Source of the DNA: Octopus vulgaris
Taxonomy: Eukaryota
Direction of reading: 5' to 3'
Assembly: GCA_951406725.2 (NCBI GenBank)
Contig: OX597830.1
Span: 806,001-870,000, forward strand
Length of the DNA: 64,000 nt
Position 1 is the first letter of the stretch. Every line of letters starts with the position of its first letter. The position numbers were made by a program, and so were the translations under genes. Below, piece by piece: positions 54,838 to 64,000 of the stretch. The notes beneath the pieces are model-generated. The model was not told the origin of the DNA. It searched no databases and saw only the letters and a list, made by a program, of their open reading frames with translations.

Positions 54838-55079
54838 GCGTGGAGGCGCAATGGCCTAGCGGTTAGGGCAGCGGACTTGCGGTCGGAGGATCGCGGTTTC
54901 GATTCCCAGACCGGGCGTTGTGTGTGTTTATTGAGCGAAAAAACACCTAAAAGCTCCACGAGGCTCCGGCAGGAGGTGGTGATCCCTGCTGTACTCTTTC
55001 ACCACTCTAAAAGGCGGTGCTCCAGCATGGCCGCAGTCAAATGACTGAAACAAGTACAAAAAAAAAAAAAAAAAAAAAA
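54838..55079 (+). mobile_element. Young SINE with a distinct tRNA-like head, family-B tail and poly(A)
   Basis: A box tggcctagcggttagg and B box gtttcgattccc. The 47-nt tail is identical to 22035-22081 and is followed by about A22. Confidence 0.85.
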
Positions 55080-55449
55080 TTAAAGGATAAAAGAGAGACG
55101 AAAATATTTAATAACCATAATGCTATTTCACGTGAATTAGTATTATAATTAGCAGAGAACGCACAGGCATAGCCATGCCAATTTATATGCAATAATCTTA
55201 CTAATTAAAACATTAGAATCGATTGATTATTAGGAGAAATAATGTTAAATGCCAAAATAATAAACAATAAAAAACGCTGAAAAAATTGATGATGAATTAT
55301 TTATTTACCAACGTTTTCAATGTCCTCTTAATATATACCAGTTCGGTTTCGTAAAGCCAGTTTCACAGAAGACCTACCCTCATATGTTAACTACCAGCAG
55401 GTTTATGCCTTAACGAAAATCGGTAGAAGCAATGTTTTCAACAGAGTCT

Positions 55450-56330
55450 GTAAGCGATTCTTTTACCAAACCTGTCCATCTGTCTCTCAACCACTCTATT
55501 TTTTTCACCATTAACAAGGTTTCGACCCTTCTACTCTCTTCTACACATCAATAAAATACAATCTTTCACATTCAACAGCATCCTTTTTCATGCAGAAGAC
55601 AAGACTCTTCGTTCTTCCCTAAATTATACCGACATTCTTTTATGTAGTTGCAACCTAGACACCATATTGACAACTTTCACTAATTCCATGAACACAGGTC
55701 TTGAAATTATACTTCAAGATGAATGTGTCCAACTTATTTCTCTTACCAGGAATCATCAACATAGTTTTGAACATGTAGTGAGAGCCCTAATCAAAATTTT
55801 GTACCTCAATAGTCTTCTGGATCTTGCCTTGCGAATGTACATTTTTAATGCAGCTTAAGTCCACATCTCGGAGATTGGCCCTTCATCTAAAATCGGAAAG
55901 TACTTTAAGCTGCAAGAATTAGTGACATTGTATAAAATACCCGTACGATACCAAAATTAATGGTTTCATAGCCACATACAGATACAACCTAGGCCATTGC
56001 CGAAAACAAATTTATCTGGTTGATTGGTGTAAAGTAACTCACAAGCACGGTACAATCTCAATCTTACCGTTGTCCTATCTTCTCTCTGTCTCTCTTCTAA
56101 AGCTCCAATAATGGCCTCTGCTTCTCAAATGTGGCACAGTTCAAATCACCTCCACTCGAGCAATCATCTTCCCCAATACTCATGATCTTTGTTGTCCATT
56201 CTCTGCAGATCTCATTGCTACTCTAAACATTCATCCCTTCCTTCCCAGATCAATTTGCTCCAGAATTACATTTCTGTTCATGTGTTCTGTCAGGTATTCA
56301 ATTGTAATATTCCAAGAGAGACATTGGTGG
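55450..56330 (+). mobile_element. Ancient CR1/L2/Jockey-group LINE RT remnant
   Basis: Broken translation P.TL.LLHIN…FNSI..HAEDKTL (ADD.TL-like), then LYK.PVR…SHI and .LIG. Many indels. Confidence 0.45.
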
Positions 56331-57264
56331 TGGCATCCGACTTATCAATTTATTTTAGAGGAGACAACGAAGCCCATTGGAACTGCATCATCTTCAAGAC
56401 TCAGAAAAGTTAAAAAGAAATTCAATAAAACTTTGCGCTGCATATTTTTCCATATGTGGAAAATATCTTCCCTAAAGTATAGAATGGATGCTGAAAAGAA
56501 TGTAAGGATTCATCGAACTGTTATTCACGAAGCGGGCAGTTCCTAGACTTAGCGCCAAAAAATCTAACCGTGTAATTTTCTAATGAAGTATCAATGACAA
56601 AATACCACATTGATAGAGAACTTAAGGAAAGGACATAATTATAAAACAGCAGCACCAGTGAAGTATCTTATCAAACACATTAGAGGACATTGGAACACAC
56701 CATTAACAAGCCTGTATAACTTAGAACGAAGCAGTCATAATAGTAGACAGCTGTATCCCATTAAACGTTGCAGTCTATTATTTCTCCTTTTCTCATCAGT
56801 TGTGAGTTTAATTCAAAATAACAGTTATATCCAAGTAATGATTAGAACAATATGACGAAGTACTATGAAACACGTCTTCTATGTAGATTATGCAAAACCC
56901 TCTGGAATATTAAGTTAATATCTGTAAGAGAACAGCGGGAAAGGGTTTAACGCGTAGATGCTAAATGAATAAAATGTGGAAGAAAGATATTAAAAATGAA
57001 AAATTAGATATATTTGTTTTGATGTAAAGAATGAAGTGAAGGAAATTATAATCCTTAATACAATTACTGATGAATAATTTAACTGATTAGAGACTGAAAA
57101 TTAGAAAAGAATGGCGCATATGAGTTAGTGCTATATTACACATTAAAGAACGCTGCGGAAATGAGGTTATTTTCAATCATAAAATACAGCTTCAGTATTA
57201 ATATATTATAAGTATAGAGACAAACTTAGGAAGGAAGGACAACGCAAGTTCCGGTTAATTTTCT

Positions 57265-57545
57265 GGTCAAGGGGAGAGCCGGATCGTGAAATTAACGTGC
57301 TCCTGGCCGAGTACTCCACAGCCACACGTTACATTTAACGTCGCTCTCAGGGAGATTCAGCGTGACACAAAGTGTGACACGGTCGGTCCTTTGAAATACA
57401 GGTACTACTCATTTTTTCTAGCTAAGCGGACTGGAGCAACATGAAATAAAGTATCTTGCTCAGGGACACAACGCATGGCTGAGAATCGAACTCACGACCT
57501 TATGATCGTGAGCCGAACACCCTAACGACTAAACCATGCGCCTTC
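57265..57545 (-). mobile_element. SINE family C
   Basis: Minus strand aggcgcatggtttagtcgttagggtgttcggctcacg…ggtcgtgagttcgattc…gtgtccctgagcaagatact…gtgtcacgctgaatctccctgag. Confidence 0.82.
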
Positions 57546-58198
57546 ACTCTACGGACTCTGACTATATCTACCACATATCGGCGGTCAAGTGGAGCATGAT
57601 ACCAACAGTGAACCACTTCATAGTATATAGTAATCTCCGCCGGTCTAGAATATTTCTTGGTAACCAACGTAGACAAATGAGTCTAAGGGATTTAAAAGGC
57701 TCTACATAAATCGAACGGGTTATTGTTCTATTCAGTAAAAACTTTATAATTATTCCTCCATGATTTTTGATGAAATCTATTGAATATATTCTTCCATTTT
57801 GTTCGTGTATTTCCCACTCACCTTCGTCGTTCCTCCTCTCGCATGTTCAGAGCAAACGTTTTTTAACAATTTATGGTTTTCACAAAGCGCTATAGTTATG
57901 GTTTCTGCGGTTGCAAGCAATCAAGGCAGGAATTCTATTCCTTCTTTCGTATTTCTTCCCTTCTTCACATATCTAGTACGTTTTGATAACGATGGAACGT
58001 GATACTTTTTCATTTCCGAAGAAGACATTTAAAAGTAAAAACAAAACTTATCTGCTTGGAAACACATTTAATAATGAAAATTTAAGAAAGAGCGATAGGA
58101 CATTGATAGGTAGACATGGAGAGAGTGGGATAGAAATGTTACATATATATATATATATATATATATACAGATACATACACATATTTTGAGAAAGAGAA

Positions 58199-58238
<40 letters not shown>

Positions 58239-58540
58239 GGAGAGGGCGGGCAGATTATAGAATACATTCTATGTGAAGCTACGGTGAAACAGTTCCACTT
58301 GGTCTACTTTAACACAATAAATGGGAATTAAATGGAATTTAGCCAAAGTTATGAAAACGATTGAAATAAGAAATCTTGTGTAAGTGCGATTTGAACAATT
58401 GGCTTCATACTAAAGATCTTTTAGTGCTTGAAAGTGCTTGTGAATATGTGTACGTATGCAAGTGCGGGCATATATAGATACAAATATACACATGTATATG
58501 TATATATATGCTTATATATGAATATGTATATATACATATA

Positions 58541-58594
<54 letters not shown>

Positions 58595-59237
58595 AATACA
58601 CACACACACACATATATATATTTATGCGAATAAATGTATTCTAATATAGTATAGATATATATTGCTTGATTCATGATATCCTAAGAAATATAAATTTTAA
58701 AAACTTATATCATCGCCATCACCATCGCCGTCACAACACTTGCAAGAACGACACCCAAGGTTTTCTACCTCAGGATCTTAATTCGAAGACAAAATGTTTT
58801 CGGTGGCTGATTCTGTTGCCTAGCAACGTGCATTCATTTCTTCCAGTAAACCAACCATGTAACTGTTGTTATTTTGATTGTTGTTCGCGTTGTTGTTGTT
58901 GTTCTGGTGTCTTATTGTTTTCATTCCAGTTATGTCTATCACTCAGAGGGCCATCATAATAATATTTTATTGATCAGACTAAGAATGTTTTCCTTTTTGT
59001 TTCTTTTTTGTTTTTGTTTTTCGCTTTTTTGGATTCTACCTCATCTCAGCCATTAATAGCATAAGCAATTGTTTAATATAATTAGTGGAAATTGGCAAAA
59101 TATGAAGAAAAAAATCCATAACAAGAATCTGCAACATAGACTTTAACAGCAAGAATTCATGATTGCTGCAAAAGTTCAGCTGAATAAAAAGAGCCAAACG
59201 AAAGAAAACACTGTGGTATGAATGTGTTTATGCAAAT

Positions 59238-59301
<64 letters not shown>

Positions 59302-59480
59302 ATATGCATGCATAGGTATATGTAAATTTATAGATATATACATTGGTACATGTGCAAGTATATGTCTATATACGAGTCTGTATATTATGCATATAAACAT
59401 ACATGTATCGATGCATTTATCACTACACGTACTTTACACATTTATCTGCGTATAGACATACCTTCATACATGTACGTGCA

Positions 59481-59530
<50 letters not shown>

Positions 59531-59559
59531 CTATATCTACCTCGGTGTGTGTGTTTGGT

Positions 59560-59609
59560 TATGTGCCACCCTATATTTGCATATACATGCAAATATAGGG
59601 TGGCACATA
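59560..59609. repeat. Perfect 23-bp hairpin
   Basis: TATGTGCCACCCTATATTTGCAT-atac-ATGCAAATATAGGGTGGCACATA. Confidence 0.92.
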
Positions 59610-60324
59610 TGTTTCTAGAGTTTTAAATGAAGACTCGTACCCCGTCGCACACATACACACTTGAATGTATGAATGTGTGCATGTATTTTTGTGTTTTTGT
59701 GTGTGTGTGTCTGTGCGCGTGTGTGTGATTGACTTGTGTACGCCTATATTTGTATCATTACATCGTATAAATATTCTTTATAAGTTGAAATTGTTCTGAA
59801 TATTATTATAATCTTATAATCAAGGTAAATTTCTTTTAATAATTCATGTATTTTAGTATATTCATATATTATTATTAATATTATTGTATTTCTGTAATAT
59901 TCTTTACATATTTATTTCAGTTTCATTATAAGAAAATAGTTTCAAGAAACTCTGTGAAATATACCAACAAATCAATTTCACGCTTGAGTAAATTCTGTTG
60001 TATTTCTTTCTAAGCAGAAATATATTCGATATCTATTGGTGGTGAACTACCAGTTTCATTGTTCTCTCTTGCTCTCTCTCTCTCTCCCTCCCCCATCTAA
60101 TTTGTTTTTGCTCGCCATTCGGCTAATGCTATTTGTTAGTAAGTAATAGGTAGCATTTTCATTGCTAACTTAATAGAATATTTTCTTCGATTTTCGCTAG
60201 CTGCTCATCTATAAACAACAATATTTCGAATAAACAAAGTTCACTCGATCAGATATGAAAAACGTTCGATTATAACACACACGCACACATACACACACGC
60301 ACGCACGCACGCACAAACACACAC

Positions 60325-60355
<31 letters not shown>

Positions 60356-60405
60356 GAACAGATACACAAATACACAACTATGTATGTGAATGAGTGTGTG
60401 TGTGC

Positions 60406-60449
<44 letters not shown>

Positions 60450-60495
60450 GTTTGTATATTTATTGGCTAAACTGGCAAAATGACCATTCCGAAAT

Positions 60496-60558
<63 letters not shown>

Positions 60559-61334
60559 CAGACAGAGTGAGAGACGAATGTATATAATGTGTGTGCTGTA
60601 TCATGAAGTCTCTATTATTGCACATGCAATAATAAAAGGGTTGCTGAAACAATTATCAGGAAAAACAGTCCAACCTCTAGAAATGCATTCATGTTTATGG
60701 GAATACATTTTCTGTACCTTACATAACACGCACATACATACACACACATATGCTTGCACAAAGACTCCCACACATTCACATATATATACGCATATATATG
60801 TGCATGCAAATATTTATGCGTGCATTTCTGTGTGTGTGTGTGTGGGTGCCCATGTTTCTATGTGTGTTTCTAAACCACAGAAACAAGATCTGGATCAAAA
60901 CTTTTATTTATTTGTAAAATTCTTTTATTTCTACCTTCTTTTGTTAGTAGAAGATGAGGTTTTGATATTTTCAAGAAATTCTTTCAGGCATATATTTAAA
61001 TATCTGTCCTCCACAGTAACAAGGAATTCTCAAACTCTAGGTTTTACTCCGCCATTTCAACAACGACATCTACTTCCGTTTCGAATCTCGGCTACTGTTA
61101 AGTGACCACTACTGCATAAATCTCCCTTCGACATTTCACATCACCAATTCTCTCTGATATTTCATCTGCACTGCATACCAATTCCTTCTTTCGCGTGTTT
61201 ATATTGCATTATTGTCATTCATTTATTGTCATTCAAGGTAGGGGTAATTTCAAAGTATCTATTTTAGGGAAGTATTACTTTATACGCACACATAGACATA
61301 CATAGATATACATAATAAATAATATATACATATA

Positions 61335-61600
61335 TGACGCCGCTGTGACACAAATAACATGAAATACATAAACAACGAGAAAAAGACAAGTAACCATAGA
61401 GAAAGGACGCTTCATCAGTTGTCGGCTGTCTATCTACTCCGCATTTCGAGAATTCAACGACAATATGAGTCTTCAGAGATAGTTGCTCCCATGAATTATA
61501 AAGTAAAATTTAGGATTTATGAAGGGTCAAAGCTGGGAACGAAAACATGACAGTGGAGACGTACAAGGAAACCGAACGAAAACAAACATAAAGAGTCGTT
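61335..61600 (-). mobile_element. PLE pLTR-like remnant with decayed hammerhead (61430-61482)
   Basis: Minus strand ctatct-CTGAAGA-…-GAAA-tgcgga-GTA-gatag, with a second CTGATGA just downstream. Stem II is poorly paired. Confidence 0.45.
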
Positions 61601-62199
61601 ATATCAGAACGAGAGGAAACTAGTGAACTCTGGGAGAAACTTTTTTTTCTTTTGGAAAGAGAAAAGATAGAAGAGAGAGAAAAAAACACGTGCGCTATTT
61701 TTAAACGTCCGTGCAGGAAAAGGTAGACGGCCACCTGAGGAAAAGAAAGATGGGGGATGGTCACGTTTGAGCAAAGAGAGAGAGAGAGAGAGAAATAAAA
61801 AGAGAAGGGAGAGAGAGACACACATAGAAAACGGTGAGATGCCCTTGTCAAGTCTTGCCAAACCTTCTACCTTTTCATTTCTGTTTCAACTTATACTTGG
61901 CTGCTCAAGACAAAGCCACATTTGCCGCTTCAGCAAGGCAATCACAACATCACAAGTTCAACTCCGGTTCAAGGCAAACATTTAGTGGCATACGAAATTG
62001 AGCATTCGGAGTTCATACCTTTTAGCTTGGATCACATTCATGGAAAGTCTTCATATCTGTTTTATATATGTATTTTTTCTGCATCTCTCATCTACCGACC
62101 AGCATTCCACCTGAATACATATGGATTTCACTGGATTCTTCCGTTGATGAAACATCTCTCCAATACACCACGACCTTTGAAACTTTTTGAACTCCTTTC

Positions 62200-62428
62200 A
62201 ACTTTCTGCTTTTTCTAATTGTCGTTTTTTCTTACTCTGCTTTCTCTCAATCACTAAAGCTTTTTTTTTATTCTCTCTCTGTTTATTTCCTCTTATTTCT
62301 TTCTGTTGAACAGCGTAGGCTCGAAACGCAAAAGACTTTCTCACCTTCCCGAGTGTTAAACTAACACACCTGTTTGTTGTTTACACATCTGTCTTCGTCT
62401 TTTGTTTTTTTTTTGTAAATTCCAACTA
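62200..62428 (+). mobile_element. pLTR remnant related to the 5071-7342 PLE, with hammerhead-like motif
   Basis: tctttctgttgaacagcgtaggctcgaaacgcaaaagac…tgtttgtt…ctgtcttcgtcttttgt matches the reverse complement of 5090-5206. It ends at (CA)n. Confidence 0.75.
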
Positions 62429-63444
62429 CACACACACACATTTATGTATATATATGATTGTATTAAAGGGCGTGAATAAACTCCACCAACACATTAGAAA
62501 TAGACGCCATATGGTTCTAAAAATCCCATCTACGCTCTGTTAGTACAGGCTGAAAGTGAGTAGATGAATAAATAAAAATGCTTTTAAAAAAATTAAAGAG
62601 TTTAAAAAAATCTTATTTAATCATCTGGTCGCTTTTAACCTGTGCTAATGGAGTTTAGATGTGGCGTTTAGAGCCATTTGGTGTTAATTTCTAGCGTATT
62701 GGTTGGGTTTATCCGCACCCTACAATATAATTATATTTATGCAATTTCGGAATCAAAACCACGACTTTGAGAGCAACACGCTAATCACTCAGCCACTCAT
62801 CTTTCACAATATATATGCATATGTGAGTGCGTGTATGTGTGTGTGTGTGTGTATGTATGTGCAATATGAGATTTTGCCACACACAGTGTTATTGTATATT
62901 ACCATATATAGTTGGACGTCTATAAATCAATTACCATTTAATGGAATGGCATAAAATTACTGTAAATGGAAAAGAAGAAAGTTAGAAGAGTGACAAAATA
63001 ATGGATTCCGATATAAATTGCGATCAAATTCTAAGACTTCTGGTCTGTCCTGATGCACTTTTCAATCTTTCAAGCGTCATCTTTATATCTATGTGTGTAA
63101 GTGTGTGTGCATATATGTATACATATATACATATAAATATATAGACACACACATATATATATACGTATGAATATATATACACACATATATACACATATAA
63201 ATATATATATACACATACACACACACATATATATACATATAAATACACACACACACATATATGTATATACATATAAATACCTATATATATATACATATAT
63301 ATATATGTATATGTGTGTATATATATTTGTATATATACATATATTATGTGTTTGCATATATCATATTCATGTATAAACGCATTTGTATACTACATATACT
63401 TGCAAGTAGACACTGACCTCTATACATACACACACACAAACGCT

Positions 63445-63538
<94 letters not shown>

Positions 63539-64000
63539 CATACACAGACACGTATCCCTGCATATCTACGTATGTATGAAAGTCCTCATTCTATCCCTGT
63601 CTCTATCTATCAATGTGTATGTATATATATACGTATGTACATGTATATATCTATATATGTATATAGCATTTGCATCGTTTAGCTAATTATTTCCTCCTAC
63701 TGATACCTAAGCTCCATTTTCATTTATCTAAATACCACAAAAGTCACAAAAACTGATGTACAGTCATTGATATTCTGATAGACTCGTCCAATTTATCACA
63801 AAATCAGCCTAACCTTTATGTCACCAGTCTAATGTTTTCACTAATTCGATTAATACATCTTGTCTAACACCTACGATATACATCTAAACTATGCCACCAT
63901 CATAATTCTCTTTTACTTACATTAAATACACTTACACCGTGACACGCCACTTTAGTTGTTTTGTAGGAAACATTAAACTGTTATACAATAATGTAATAGA

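Noticed and set aside
54841-54915. Possible tRNA gene (also the heads at 21683, 50345 and 57545)
   Set aside because: The cloverleaf is imperfect and runs directly into a SINE body and tail.

Overview
AT-rich, microsatellite-saturated animal genomic DNA, intergenic or intronic. I find no supportable host protein-coding exon, rRNA, true tRNA gene or CRISPR array. The SINE families and the (TA)n/(CA)n/(AAT)n load suggest an octopus/cephalopod genome (inference from recall, not a search). The window is a transposon graveyard. The best-preserved element is a 5'-truncated Neptune-like Penelope-like element (PLE) on the - strand (5071-7342). It has open RT, Cys-linker and GIY-YIG coding sequence, a 3' pseudo-LTR with a minimal hammerhead-like motif, and (TA)n on both sides. 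Several other short PLE/pLTR remnants carry type-I hammerhead ribozyme motifs (833-910, 40136-40173, 62308-62336, 61430-61482, 19791-19886). Also present are R4/Dong-type LINE fragments in (AAT)n, an RTE LINE with twin-priming geometry, a DD37D (maT-like) Tc1/mariner with both TIRs, mariner remnants, at least three tRNA-headed SINE families and several hairpin/MITE-like inverted repeats. The most notable signals are the microsatellite-nested hammerhead mini-elements and some perfect inverted repeats in unique sequence. Most ORFs in the supplied track are microsatellite artefacts.
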